Source: a virus
DNA length: 64,000 bases
Virus record (IMG/VR): IMGVR_UViG_3300020470_001313
Span: 32,001-96,000 of that record
Strand: one strand, 5' to 3'
Made by a program: the position numbers and the translations under genes. The number at the start of each line of letters is the position of its first letter. Within the stretch, counting starts at the first letter, position 1. Positions 27,987-37,762 of the stretch are shown one piece after another. The notes under the pieces are model-generated. The model did no database searches. It was not told the DNA's origin and saw only the letters and a list, made by a program, of their open reading frames with translations.

Positions 27987-28577
27987 TTAGGCGACTACGC
28001 CATCAGGGATTGCTTGCCAGTACTGAACCTGAAGTTCCACAGTGAATTCTTCAACAGCATCGTTGCTTCCGAAATCCAAGTCAATCGCCGAAACGTTACT
28101 TGGGAATACATCTGTAAACTTATAGGATCTCAAAATGCTTGCCTTCTCTCCAGAAGATGCATCGCGAGATAGTTGGTGAACAAACATATCTGCAAAATAT
28201 CCTGTAGCATCAGACTCATCGCCAAGTCCAGAGACCTGTGTGATGTTTTCATTAGCGGCTTGAATCTTCTCTACCCATACCTCAAATGCATTGCGGAGTG
28301 CGAACTTACTGTCATTCATAACAGTAATTGTCCAAGGTTCAAAAGTTCTGTCTCCAGCAATCTTAAGAACACGTCCTCTAAAAGGAACCTCAACGATACC
28401 CATCTGCGAGGAAGGTAAGTTCGCTGCGCGAACAGTGTACTTACCTAACTGCTGTAAACCAGTACCGTTTGCAATCACCTGAGAAGGGAAGGCAAGATCA
28501 ATCTGAAACAGATTGGGTCTCGCAAAATCCGAAACTACGCTTGACTTAAACGAGTCAATAGTGCCTCTTACTGCCAT
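27987..28577 (-). CDS. gp19: Tail tube protein
   Basis: ARPNLF, FRGRVLKIAGDRTFEPWT, EEFTVELQVQYW. Confidence 0.97.
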   Translation of the reverse strand: MAVRGTIDSFKSSVVSDFARPNLFQIDLAFPSQVIANGTGLQQLGKYTVRAANLPSSQMGIVEVPFRGRVLKIAGDRTFEPWTITVMNDSKFALRNAFEVWVEKIQAANENITQVSGLGDESDATGYFADMFVHQLSRDASSGEKASILRSYKFTDVFPSNVSAIDLDFGSNDAVEEFTVELQVQYWQAIPDGVVA

Positions 28578-28610
28578 TTTCTCTTTCTCCTGATGTTATT
28601 ATTATTTAGA

Positions 28611-31013
28611 CTAAGAAGCAATTTCAGAGAAGGCTACGCCTGTTCTGGTTGCTGTGAAGGTCAATGTAATGTAGTTGATAGTACGTGTTGGCTTAACGTA
28701 TATCTCAGCGTAGAACTCGCCACGATCAACAGAATCAGGAGGGTTATTCTCTTCATCACACTTAACCAAGAAATCGGTGACCCCACGACGGCCTTGGACA
28801 TCGCGTAGATAAGGTTCAACGATATTACGGAAGAGCGACCTTGAAGTCTCATCGTTCTGCTCAAAGAGTTGTTGCTTTGCAGCACTACTTATAACTCTTT
28901 CCATTGTAAGGAAGAGACGGCGAACGTTAATTCTGTCAAAGGCAGACTGATAACCAAGTGCAGTCTTATCACCGAATAGGATAATACCTTGTCCAGGGAA
29001 GGAGACTATTGGGTTAACTCTTTCTGCGTACAACTTATCGCGTTGATCTTTGTTAGGAGAGTAAGCAAGTTTAATTGCATTACGTAGAACACCACGAGAG
29101 AAACCAGCAGGTGAATACCAAGGATCTTGGTTAATACCTGTTTCTAGGCAGAGTCCAGCAGTGTCTCCATTGCAAGGAATGTAACGATAAACATCATTAT
29201 ACTTGTCATAGACGTACTTGTAACCTGCGTCTAGAACAGCATAAGATGTAGAACCAATCTTATTAAAGTATGTTAAAATACGCTCTGTGATTATATCAGC
29301 ATTAGATTGACCTACGATGTCAGTTCTCTGTGGAGAGAAGAATGCTAGGCAATCCTTACGTGTGTTAACGATGTTAAGAATGGCATTAGCTTTGGCAACA
29401 GCAGCGTCAGTAGTATCACCTTGAGGACCACTAAGGATATAATCAACTTGTAGTGATTCCGCATCGGATACTAGATTGTATGCTGTACTAAAGTTTGCTG
29501 AAGTATTAGAATAATCATCTACACCACCAGCGAATTGATACTGAAGTGAAGAACCTTCAAATCCACCTACATGCTCACGTCCACTTGGTTCTGAAATAAC
29601 AGGACCAGCAGATTGAATTAGGTTGAATGAACGGTTTGCAGCAGCATTACCCCAATCACCTGTTGAAGCAGCAGCACCTACTGTAAATGTATCAGAAGGA
29701 TGACTACCCCAATAGATGTAAGCAGAAGTCTGCTTAAGAACATTACCGTAGTAGTTGTTCTCTCCAACTGTACTCTTAGCATCAGTTGCTTTAGATACTG
29801 AGATGAACTTCTCTAGAAGTGTATTAGGTGTTCCACTTAGAGCACCATCACCATCAAGAACGATGACATGAAGCTCGTCACGATATCCACCTTTGTCTTG
29901 AACATAGAGTGAAGTGCCTGGACGTGGTGCAATAGATACCCACTTTTTACCAGGAAGATACTCACGCTCAGGATACTCATCTCTTACTGCACTGATAGTA
30001 GCAGTAGCAGAGTTGTCATCTGTAATTGTATTCGTTGCAGCGAATGATGCAGAATCTTTATCTAGTACAACCTGCAACTCACGAGTAACAGTATCAATAG
30101 AACCTGTAACAGTACCCTGTGTCAATACCATTGTGTTATCAATGATACCAGTAATACCAGCACCAGGAATTGCAATCTCAGCAATACGATCTGTTGGATT
30201 CCATGCAAGAATACTAACTGTCTGAGGTGAACCACCAATTTCAATAGTGGAAGCAGTTACTGTACCTTCAAATGCCCAAACAACAGCACCGTCAGTAACA
30301 TTACCAGACGTATGGGTAGGAGCAGTAGCACCAGCAGTGCCAGCATTTTGAGCAACGTATGACTTACCACCGTTACTAACTCTAGCGTACTGACTATAGT
30401 ATGAACCTTGTGACCATGCATCATGAACAGCAGGAGTGAAATCACCGTTTACATCAGTTTCAATCTGAAGTTTGATTGTATAGCGGAAAACCTTACCAGA
30501 TTTACCACCATTTGAAATACCAGCACCTTTAACGAATTCGTATTCGTTACCTGAGCTTGGAGCTGTAATAGTTGCGATCTGGTCTGCACCAGCATCTGTT
30601 AAAAATACTCTTAATGAGTTTCCGTATTCACCTGGAGTTTGTGTTCCTAACCTCCAGTTGTTTGTTTGACCAGTCTCATATGTGGTCTCGTAGTCTTGTA
30701 AATTCTTGATCTTAACAGAAGCAGCATTGCTTACCGCATTTTTCAAGTTTGTTGCATCTGCACGGATGGTCTTTAGTGTACCTCCGTAGCTTAAGAATTG
30801 AGCGGCTGTGAACCAGAACTCATAATTACTGTCGTTTGGTTTGCCGTAGGTGGAGATCAGAGTCCTTTCGTTGTTTACATCAACGATTTGCTCTACTGGA
30901 CCTCGCTCAAATGGGGCAGCAATCGCACCAATATTAGCCAGTGATACTGTGCTAACGGTAGTGAAGTCGCGCTCCCTAATAACAACACCTGGCGATAATT
31001 GTGACGCTGCCAT
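28611..31013 (-). CDS. gp18: Tail sheath protein (800 aa, with insertions)
   Basis: LSPGVVIRE, PWYSPAG, FDRINVRRLF, KPTRTINYI. Confidence 0.98.
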   Translation of the reverse strand: MAASQLSPGVVIRERDFTTVSTVSLANIGAIAAPFERGPVEQIVDVNNERTLISTYGKPNDSNYEFWFTAAQFLSYGGTLKTIRADATNLKNAVSNAASVKIKNLQDYETTYETGQTNNWRLGTQTPGEYGNSLRVFLTDAGADQIATITAPSSGNEYEFVKGAGISNGGKSGKVFRYTIKLQIETDVNGDFTPAVHDAWSQGSYYSQYARVSNGGKSYVAQNAGTAGATAPTHTSGNVTDGAVVWAFEGTVTASTIEIGGSPQTVSILAWNPTDRIAEIAIPGAGITGIIDNTMVLTQGTVTGSIDTVTRELQVVLDKDSASFAATNTITDDNSATATISAVRDEYPEREYLPGKKWVSIAPRPGTSLYVQDKGGYRDELHVIVLDGDGALSGTPNTLLEKFISVSKATDAKSTVGENNYYGNVLKQTSAYIYWGSHPSDTFTVGAAASTGDWGNAAANRSFNLIQSAGPVISEPSGREHVGGFEGSSLQYQFAGGVDDYSNTSANFSTAYNLVSDAESLQVDYILSGPQGDTTDAAVAKANAILNIVNTRKDCLAFFSPQRTDIVGQSNADIITERILTYFNKIGSTSYAVLDAGYKYVYDKYNDVYRYIPCNGDTAGLCLETGINQDPWYSPAGFSRGVLRNAIKLAYSPNKDQRDKLYAERVNPIVSFPGQGIILFGDKTALGYQSAFDRINVRRLFLTMERVISSAAKQQLFEQNDETSRSLFRNIVEPYLRDVQGRRGVTDFLVKCDEENNPPDSVDRGEFYAEIYVKPTRTINYITLTFTATRTGVAFSEIAS

Positions 31014-31056
31014 GTGATAACTCCTTATAAAGAATACTATATCAGTTTTCTGAAAT

Positions 31057-31064
31057 TATTTATA
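31057..31064 (-). promoter_or_regulatory. T4-type late promoter
   Basis: TATAAATA upstream of gp18. Confidence 0.85.
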
Positions 31065-31082
31065 ATTTTCAAGTGCTGAGAT

Positions 31083-32738
31083 TCAGCGATACTCCCACAT
31101 ATACGCACGATCTCCGTACTCATCGGTGTGCCAAACGTCTCCATCCGCATCAACGAATGTATCTTCCGCAAGATGATCATCAATAAATCCGAAGGGTGCC
31201 ATATCCTGTTCTATATTTTCTTTCTGATCATCATATATTCTTTGACGGACATCATTGTCATTCATTTCTCTGAAGTATGGTTGTAATGCCAACCATGCAA
31301 ATATAACCAGAGTCATCGCTAGATCATCATTACATCCATCCTCTGCCTCAAAAGATTTACCCTTTTGAATGAACGTAGTAAGTTCTGATATTATGTCGTA
31401 GTCTGAGATTAAGAGTTTATCTTCTTCTATTAATGCTTTTAAATTAGAGCATCCAATCTGTTTAACAGTGGTACTCATCTTAACACCCATCTGGGTTTTT
31501 GTTCCTGAAAATCCTTGTCCTACTACCTGACCTGCTCTACCTCTCATAGATGCCATAAGAAGATTATCATACTCCAAATCAAAATGTATAATGTCAGCAA
31601 CCTGTCCACCAACATCATTTACTTCACATAGAACAAAAGCATGATTATAATTTGAAGCAGTCTGAACTATAATATTAGGAAATAATAAAGGTTTTATAGT
31701 ATTGCTTCTATACTTAGCAACAAGTTTATATGGGAACGTGGTTGTATCTATAACTGTGAATGCAGAATAGTCAGCAGACACACCTCTAGCCACATCACAT
31801 GCTATAACATATTGATGATCTTTAATTGCTTCTTCATATATATCCAGACCAGCATTTGATTTAACAGCATCATCATATGCTAAAACTTTTAACTTACTTG
31901 GTGAGATGAGAGTGTCAACAGATCCTAAGAACTCACACTCAAACTCAACTTTGAACTGTTGTTCAGATGTATTAGCAATAGTCTGGGCTTTCCATTTATC
32001 ATCTCTGCCTGGAACTTCAGACCAATGCACTTCTGTATTTACATACTCATTTTTTCCACGTTCTGAATCATGCCACAATTTGTAGAACATGTTCATACCA
32101 TGTGGTGTGGATATAATTATAACCTTGGTTTTCTTACCAGAAGATATAGTAGGATATACAGAGGAGAAGAACTCATCTGCAATATGTGTAGGAACGAACG
32201 CGAACTCATCTAAGAATATAACGTTGAATGACATACCACGAACAGCACTACTAGATGTAGATGCTGCCATGATCTTTGAACCATTCTCTAATTCTAGACT
32301 ACCTCGGTTCCAATTTACCACCCCTTGCTGTAACCACTTCGGTAAGTGTTCGTATGATTTTTGTAACCTCCCCAACATCTCCCGCGACGTTGCCGCTTTG
32401 TTGGCGAGGATCGCGACGTTAACCTCTTCATTAAATAATACGTACCATAGAAGGTAACTCGTAACAATAGTGGACTTCCCAGATTGCCTGGGTAGTTTTG
32501 CAATGTTGAATCTGTGCTCATGAAATTTATTCACCATTTCCTCTTGGAAAGGATACATGTTAAAAGGAACAAGACCCTCATCAAGAGAAACAATTTGAAC
32601 ATACTCACGAATGAAGTATGCAGGATCGCCAGCACATTTTAAAAATTCAGCAACCTGTTCTTTGGTAAAATTCTGAGCGACATTAGATCGCTTCAGATTG
32701 GGATTACCTAAGTAAATATCATTTGGGGCGGTTGCCAT
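31083..32738 (-). CDS. gp17: Terminase large subunit
   Basis: YLGNPNLK, PRQSGKST, IFLDEFAF, STPHG, DVARG, DDLAM. Confidence 0.99.
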   Translation of the reverse strand: MATAPNDIYLGNPNLKRSNVAQNFTKEQVAEFLKCAGDPAYFIREYVQIVSLDEGLVPFNMYPFQEEMVNKFHEHRFNIAKLPRQSGKSTIVTSYLLWYVLFNEEVNVAILANKAATSREMLGRLQKSYEHLPKWLQQGVVNWNRGSLELENGSKIMAASTSSSAVRGMSFNVIFLDEFAFVPTHIADEFFSSVYPTISSGKKTKVIIISTPHGMNMFYKLWHDSERGKNEYVNTEVHWSEVPGRDDKWKAQTIANTSEQQFKVEFECEFLGSVDTLISPSKLKVLAYDDAVKSNAGLDIYEEAIKDHQYVIACDVARGVSADYSAFTVIDTTTFPYKLVAKYRSNTIKPLLFPNIIVQTASNYNHAFVLCEVNDVGGQVADIIHFDLEYDNLLMASMRGRAGQVVGQGFSGTKTQMGVKMSTTVKQIGCSNLKALIEEDKLLISDYDIISELTTFIQKGKSFEAEDGCNDDLAMTLVIFAWLALQPYFREMNDNDVRQRIYDDQKENIEQDMAPFGFIDDHLAEDTFVDADGDVWHTDEYGDRAYMWEYR

Positions 32739-33337
32739 TAGCTTAAAGGAAAAGGTCTTTCGTTTGGTAATTCTTGTTCTGCATGGGCAAGCATATCTTC
32801 TTCTTGTCCAGGAGTAAACTGAAATACTGCACTGAATCTTGCTACACCACCGTGCTGACGGTTAGGAGCTTTACCTCCATGTGGTATTGATCCAGGAAAA
32901 ATTACTACTCTACCAGGTTTGGGTACTATACAATCAGTTACTTCACCGTCTCTAACGAATACAGTTTCTCCACCCCATGATTCACACCAGTCAACGACTG
33001 GATATACCATAAAACTTAATGAGTCTTCAGACTCACCATCATGGTGCAAATTAGGAGAATCTCCGAATCGGAAACAATTATATACTACTCTATGAAAAGG
33101 TGGTACAGGAATGCCTGATCTATCTTGAAATGCTTGGGCACAAAATACATCAAACTCTCCAAAGTTAGGTTGGTCTATAACCTTACCTAAAGAATATGTA
33201 TTTAAACTTTGTGATGGATCGTCAAAGATTAGTTGCCATCCATCAAAGTGGACGAAGTATTCCTCCATCTGTTCCACTTCGCGTTTGGTGAAGAGGTCAT
33301 CTATAACCATGACCTGTTCACGTTTCATAATTTTCAT
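32738..33337 (-). CDS. 2OG-Fe(II) oxygenase (prolyl-hydroxylase-like)
   Basis: HHD (HxD), WGGET, PKPGRVVIFPGSIPH, RFS. Confidence 0.88.
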   Translation of the reverse strand: MKIMKREQVMVIDDLFTKREVEQMEEYFVHFDGWQLIFDDPSQSLNTYSLGKVIDQPNFGEFDVFCAQAFQDRSGIPVPPFHRVVYNCFRFGDSPNLHHDGESEDSLSFMVYPVVDWCESWGGETVFVRDGEVTDCIVPKPGRVVIFPGSIPHGGKAPNRQHGGVARFSAVFQFTPGQEEDMLAHAEQELPNERPFPLS

Positions 33338-33342
33338 TGGAA

Positions 33343-33534
33343 TTACTTCTTAAGTTTTTTACAACCAAACTTAAGTATAGCACCTGCTGCTACTACACCC
33401 ACTACTATTCCTATTCCAAGTCCCCAACCAATACCTTGTGGTTCTGGTTCAATAAGTTCCTGTAAAGCAGGTACTTCTTCTAGAACCTGTTGTGCTTCCT
33501 TTGGTAGTGGAAGTCCTGTTGGTAGTTTATCCAT
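33343..33534 (-). CDS. Small C-anchored membrane protein
   Basis: TM GIGWGLGIGIVVGVVAAGAIL followed by Lys tail. Confidence 0.75.
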   Translation of the reverse strand: MDKLPTGLPLPKEAQQVLEEVPALQELIEPEPQGIGWGLGIGIVVGVVAAGAILKFGCKKLKK

Positions 33535-33536
33535 TG

Positions 33537-34001
33537 TTAACCTTCAAGTAGTGTACCGTGAGCACGACGTATCTCACGTAATGATTCAAAGTCTTTCTGC
33601 TTGGTTCCACCATCGTAGGCCCATGCATAACCTTCGTCAATCATTTTTTCGTTAAGGGACAATTGTTCATCCCCAATATATAGCCACCCAAGAAGCCTAC
33701 CATACTTCCCAACGCCGCCGTGAAGCTCAGTACGAACAATGAGCTCATCATCGCCAGCCAGAACATCTTCCAGTTTTTCTTTGAGCCAGTTTGTTGCATC
33801 TATTCCCAGTGCCTTTTCTTCCAAGTCTCTTGTTCTCTTCTCTGGCGTATCAACTCCTGCAACTCTAACTCTTTCTTTCTTGAATAAGTCAAAGCCAAGA
33901 TCAATGGTGACATCAATAGTATCGCCGTCAAGAACACGGTTAACCTCCGTCACTCGGAAGTTGTAGCAGCTCTTCCTGCTCGGTGGAACCATTGCTCCCA
34001 T
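33537..34001 (-). CDS. Thermonuclease (SNase-like) family nuclease
   Basis: VLDGDTID, RVAGVDTPE, GKYGRLLG, LN..MI.EGYA. Confidence 0.9.
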   Translation of the reverse strand: MGAMVPPSRKSCYNFRVTEVNRVLDGDTIDVTIDLGFDLFKKERVRVAGVDTPEKRTRDLEEKALGIDATNWLKEKLEDVLAGDDELIVRTELHGGVGKYGRLLGWLYIGDEQLSLNEKMIDEGYAWAYDGGTKQKDFESLREIRRAHGTLLEG

Positions 34002-34176
34002 TTTCAAACTCCGTAAGTGATCTATTTATCATATCTTCAACTGGCTCCCGTTCTTTCCGATTCTGCCATTGTTGAATCTTATTAACTAGAGATTCTAGCT
34101 TATAAAATTCTCTGGCAGACTCAGACGGTATGGGAGTCGTTGCTATCAGAGATGTCATTAGGAGTGTGGGTATCAT
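33940..34176 (-). CDS. Hypothetical protein
   Basis: 78 aa, signal-like N-terminus. Confidence 0.6.
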   Translation of the reverse strand: MIPTLLMTSLIATTPIPSESAREFYKLESLVNKIQQWQNRKEREPVEDMINRSLTEFENGSNGSTEQEELLQLPSDGG

Positions 34177-34260
34177 ATGTGAAGATCCAATAAATTAGAT
34201 ACCCTACTCCACTCAGTAAAGTACCTAGCATAATATTTATAGACCACAACATATCATTCA

Positions 34261-34261
<1 letters not shown>
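34121..34261 (-). CDS. Small TM protein
   Basis: Start at TAATG overlap with petF: MNDMLWSINIMLGTLLSGVGYLIYWIFTYD. Confidence 0.65.
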
Positions 34262-34575
<314 letters not shown>

Positions 34576-34578
34576 TTA

Positions 34579-34794
34579 TTAGTCAGTTATACCATACTTT
34601 GTCAGATCATACTTAGCAACCTTTAAAGGTTCGTGTTTCACCACAATTGGTTTACCTATTATATCCTCAAGTTCAGATACTATCTTCTTCTTAGAGATAT
34701 GATATGGTGTTGGGGCATTTTGTAAACACACCCTTAAACATTGTAGTTGTTCATCATTAACTGTAAAGGTATGACTATCTGACATGTATGACAC
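34579..34794 (-). CDS. Hypothetical protein
   Basis: ORF between petE and petF. Confidence 0.65.
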   Translation of the reverse strand: MSYMSDSHTFTVNDEQLQCLRVCLQNAPTPYHISKKKIVSELEDIIGKPIVVKHEPLKVAKYDLTKYGITD

Positions 34795-35143
34795 CCTTCA
34801 TACCAGCACCAGCATGGGGTTCACATTGAAACTCATATTCACCTGCTTCATCAAATGTTACAGGGAATTGCTCACCACTCATAAATGCTAGATCAGGATG
34901 TGATAGTTCTTCATGTTCCAAGAAGACTACATTGTGAGGTGGCAAATCACCATTCACAAATGTAACTGTATCACCTACGCTAACTGTAAGTTCATTAGGT
35001 TCAAAAACTAAATTTCCTCCTGAACCCATTTGTATATCAGCAGCATATGCTTTTGCTGCTAATGTAAAAGATAAGAAAAGAGAAGTTAACATTATAGTTA
35101 ACCTTGACATCCACCACATAATTTCATGTTTGTAGTTATTCAT
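34775..35143 (-). CDS. petE: Plastocyanin
   Basis: Signal peptide ending AYA; LVFEP, PHNVVF, CEPHAGAGM copper ligands. Confidence 0.96.
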   Translation of the reverse strand: MNNYKHEIMWWMSRLTIMLTSLFLSFTLAAKAYAADIQMGSGGNLVFEPNELTVSVGDTVTFVNGDLPPHNVVFLEHEELSHPDLAFMSGEQFPVTFDEAGEYEFQCEPHAGAGMKGVIHVR

Positions 35144-35315
35144 ATTTAGAGTCCATCTTCATGGCATAGTCAATAAAATGAGGATGCTCCCGTAGATATG
35201 GGACATCCTCTTTGCTGTGCTGTATTGCTTCGTATGCGTCATGGGCATACTCACAAATTTCTAAATGATGGTGTTCCGTATCGTGGTAACCTACGGTGTA
35301 CTTGGTCTGGGGCAT
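35136..35315 (-). CDS. His-rich 59-aa protein (not in ORF track)
   Basis: MPQTKYTVGYHDTEHHHLEICEYAHDAYEAIQHSKEDVPYLREHPHFIDYAMKMDSKYE; ATAAATA upstream. Confidence 0.8.
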   Translation of the reverse strand: MPQTKYTVGYHDTEHHHLEICEYAHDAYEAIQHSKEDVPYLREHPHFIDYAMKMDSKYE

Positions 35316-35385
35316 GATAGTTTCAATCCCAAATTAGGTAACTATTTATCTTTCAATGAGTAGAAATTACTAGTAATGTTCTGAG

Positions 35386-35712
35386 TCAAAGACCTGGGAC
35401 AAATCTCTTATATTTCTCTACTTGAGGTAGCATATCTCTCTCAACTCTATCAACTATATCATCTATTATATCAACGTCAATATCCATGAATGGTGGAATG
35501 ATACCAAGGATTCTCAACAAACCATCTACAAATAATGCTAGAACTGTAAACCCAAGTAGCATACTAATGATAGTAGCATCACGATTATGCTTAGCCATTG
35601 AGATGCGATCAATTTCTTGTGCTTCTTCAACAGCAGCACGTATCATAGCATCAACTTCTTTCTTGGTATAGAAATCCCCTAGTATGGGTATGTCGTGTCG
35701 GTCTGGTGTCAT
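35386..35712 (-). CDS. Membrane hypothetical protein
   Basis: KHNRDATIISMLLGFTVLALFVDGLLRILGIIPPFM. Confidence 0.8.
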   Translation of the reverse strand: MTPDRHDIPILGDFYTKKEVDAMIRAAVEEAQEIDRISMAKHNRDATIISMLLGFTVLALFVDGLLRILGIIPPFMDIDVDIIDDIVDRVERDMLPQVEKYKRFVPGL

Positions 35713-35731
35713 GTTATATCTAGCCGTTCAC

Positions 35732-35760
35732 AGTATACCATAAGGTACAAATATTGTCAA
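35732..35760 (-). promoter_or_regulatory. sigma70 promoter inside the gp16-gp17 island
   Basis: TTGACA-N17-TATACT with TG extension. Confidence 0.8.
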
Positions 35761-36026
35761 TTCATTTCATGAAGGTGTTTTCCTGATGATGCACGTTTTC
35801 CATCGTGCTGGTCTTTTTCTCTTTCCAGATCCTGAATCTTTTGAAGGAACTGTTGTTTCTTTTCAATATCCTCCAGTTTCTTTTGTAGCTGTTTAACTTC
35901 GTCGTTAATAGACATGGGTTCGTTTTTGGTAGAGATCCCCCAACTGAGACCAGCAATCCCTGCCACGATTATAATCAACCGTGCAAAGCCAGTGATTGCT
36001 AACACCAACATCAATTTTCTGTTCAT
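35757..36026 (-). CDS. TM plus coiled-coil hypothetical protein
   Basis: N-terminal hydrophobic helix, then EVKQLQKKLEDIEKKQQFL. Confidence 0.7.
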   Translation of the reverse strand: MNRKLMLVLAITGFARLIIIVAGIAGLSWGISTKNEPMSINDEVKQLQKKLEDIEKKQQFLQKIQDLEREKDQHDGKRASSGKHLHEMN

Positions 36027-36042
36027 TATATAGGTGAGTTAT

Positions 36043-36786
36043 CTACTTGTTGTAATGATAACTTGGTTTGTTGGTCTTCTTCGGTAACTTACCACTACGC
36101 ACCTTCGTTCCAGATGTTTCTCCAGAAGATGATGGGTGTTTTCCTGCTTTGGACTTTCCTAATGTGACTGACTTACCAGGCTTTTTAGATTCTGTATCGT
36201 GCAGTTTTGCTGGTTTGTCTTTGTCTTTTGTAATAACTGATTCTTGGCCATGTTTCCGTCCTAGTCGTCGCATGATTTTACCAAAGCGACGTTTGGACAT
36301 CTTATCGGGTTTGGAGGTTTGGTATGATACTTCACGACCTTTTTTACCATCGCCGTACTTGTATTCACCTACACCTTTCTTGTGACCAATGCCTTTCTTT
36401 TTGAGATCTTTCTCTAGAGCGCGGCGTTTCTCACGGTTCTTTTTTTCAGAGTCCCCTCTATCAGCAGAAATATTTCCTGTTACTGAGGTCTTTGATTTAT
36501 GAAGCATACGAGAGGTTGGGTTACCCTCCATGAATTGAGAGAAGGTTATACCTTCTTTGTTTAGCTTACGTTTTTCAATTTTCTTTTTCTGCCAAGAGTC
36601 AAGTGCGTCTACTGGACGACCTCCCTTAGCGAGAACTGATGCTTTATGCTTCTTAAATGCATCAGCAGATTTGGCAGCCTTTGCTTTCTTAGCATCGGAT
36701 GCTGCCTTTTGTTTTGCAACGTTTGCCTTTGATTGACGATCAATACGTTCAGCAGGAGTTTCCTCCTTAAGATGATCAGTACTCAT
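36043..36786 (-). CDS. Highly basic protein, possible internal head protein
   Basis: Very Lys/Arg-rich 247 aa; LKEE and TFSQFMEG motifs. Confidence 0.8.
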   Translation of the reverse strand: MSTDHLKEETPAERIDRQSKANVAKQKAASDAKKAKAAKSADAFKKHKASVLAKGGRPVDALDSWQKKKIEKRKLNKEGITFSQFMEGNPTSRMLHKSKTSVTGNISADRGDSEKKNREKRRALEKDLKKKGIGHKKGVGEYKYGDGKKGREVSYQTSKPDKMSKRRFGKIMRRLGRKHGQESVITKDKDKPAKLHDTESKKPGKSVTLGKSKAGKHPSSSGETSGTKVRSGKLPKKTNKPSYHYNK

Positions 36787-36787
36787 T

Positions 36788-37327
36788 TTAACCTCCTACT
36801 ACTTGTATTTCTTCTACAACAATCGCATTACCTGTTACTGCAATCTTAGTGCAACGTTTTACGATTGCTTGTTTACCAGATGCATAGGTATATGCAGAAC
36901 CTTGACCAGAAGCATCAATGTCTGATGTAATAGTTGCACCAGTAGTTGCGGTAATTTTCTTACCAGCTGTACCAGCACTCAAGAAAGCAGCATTGATAGC
37001 AGGAGCAGTTCCATCATCTATCACAGCGATGAAATCATCAACTGAGAATGGATGTGTATCTCGTGACATGTTTTCTTGCAGGCTATTACCTAAACTGTAA
37101 ACTGATCCATTGACATTAGTTGCTTTAACAACTTTTGCTGTACCAGGCTTACCGCCTTTCACAAGGATAGATTCATTATCAATTAAAGTTATTGCAGGAC
37201 CACCGTTGAATGCTACAGTAGCATCACCAGCATTTGCAATCACTCGGTAGAAACCAGTTTGCACAACTTGATACTCAGTAGCACCTGCGGCCACTGCGTT
37301 TGTGCTTAGAACATTTAGGACTGTCAT
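36788..37327 (-). CDS. Probable virion structural protein
   Basis: Ala/Gly/Thr-rich beta protein; ATAAATA upstream. Confidence 0.75.
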   Translation of the reverse strand: MTVLNVLSTNAVAAGATEYQVVQTGFYRVIANAGDATVAFNGGPAITLIDNESILVKGGKPGTAKVVKATNVNGSVYSLGNSLQENMSRDTHPFSVDDFIAVIDDGTAPAINAAFLSAGTAGKKITATTGATITSDIDASGQGSAYTYASGKQAIVKRCTKIAVTGNAIVVEEIQVVGG

Positions 37328-37340
37328 CGTCTTGTCGTGT

Positions 37341-37760
37341 TTAATCCTTATTATTTATGTTGTTTTGTTGCTTCAATAATTTTTGAAGCTCGGAAGTACT
37401 TCCTACAAACATAGCATTTGTTACGTTAGTTGGACCTTTCTTATCTTCTTTATCCAACTCTTTCATCTTACCTTGTAGGTCAATTAATTTATCTGCTACA
37501 TCCCCGACTGATTTAATGAGTTGACCTGCAACCTCATAAGCACGTGGATGATCGCTTGCTCGTGCCACATCAAGTATACCATCTACTGCCTCCTGCCCTT
37601 TCATAACCAAGTTATGTAGTTGAGCACGAGAAACCTCATAATCCTGTTGTATTTCAGGATTATCTGTGAGTTTGGTTATCTCCTTCTTTTTCTCAACGTG
37701 CTTTTGTAATTCAGATGGTTCATTACCAAAAACTTCATTCAACCCATCAAAGGTACTCAT
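37341..37760 (-). CDS. gp16: Terminase small subunit
   Basis: DYEVSR, HPRAYEVAGQLIK, NAMFVGSTSELQK. Confidence 0.95.
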   Translation of the reverse strand: MSTFDGLNEVFGNEPSELQKHVEKKKEITKLTDNPEIQQDYEVSRAQLHNLVMKGQEAVDGILDVARASDHPRAYEVAGQLIKSVGDVADKLIDLQGKMKELDKEDKKGPTNVTNAMFVGSTSELQKLLKQQNNINNKD

Positions 37761-37762
37761 AA

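Noticed and set aside
35757-36026. TM plus coiled-coil ORF as an i-spanin
   Set aside because: No adjacent lipoprotein ORF with a lipobox; topology alone is too generic
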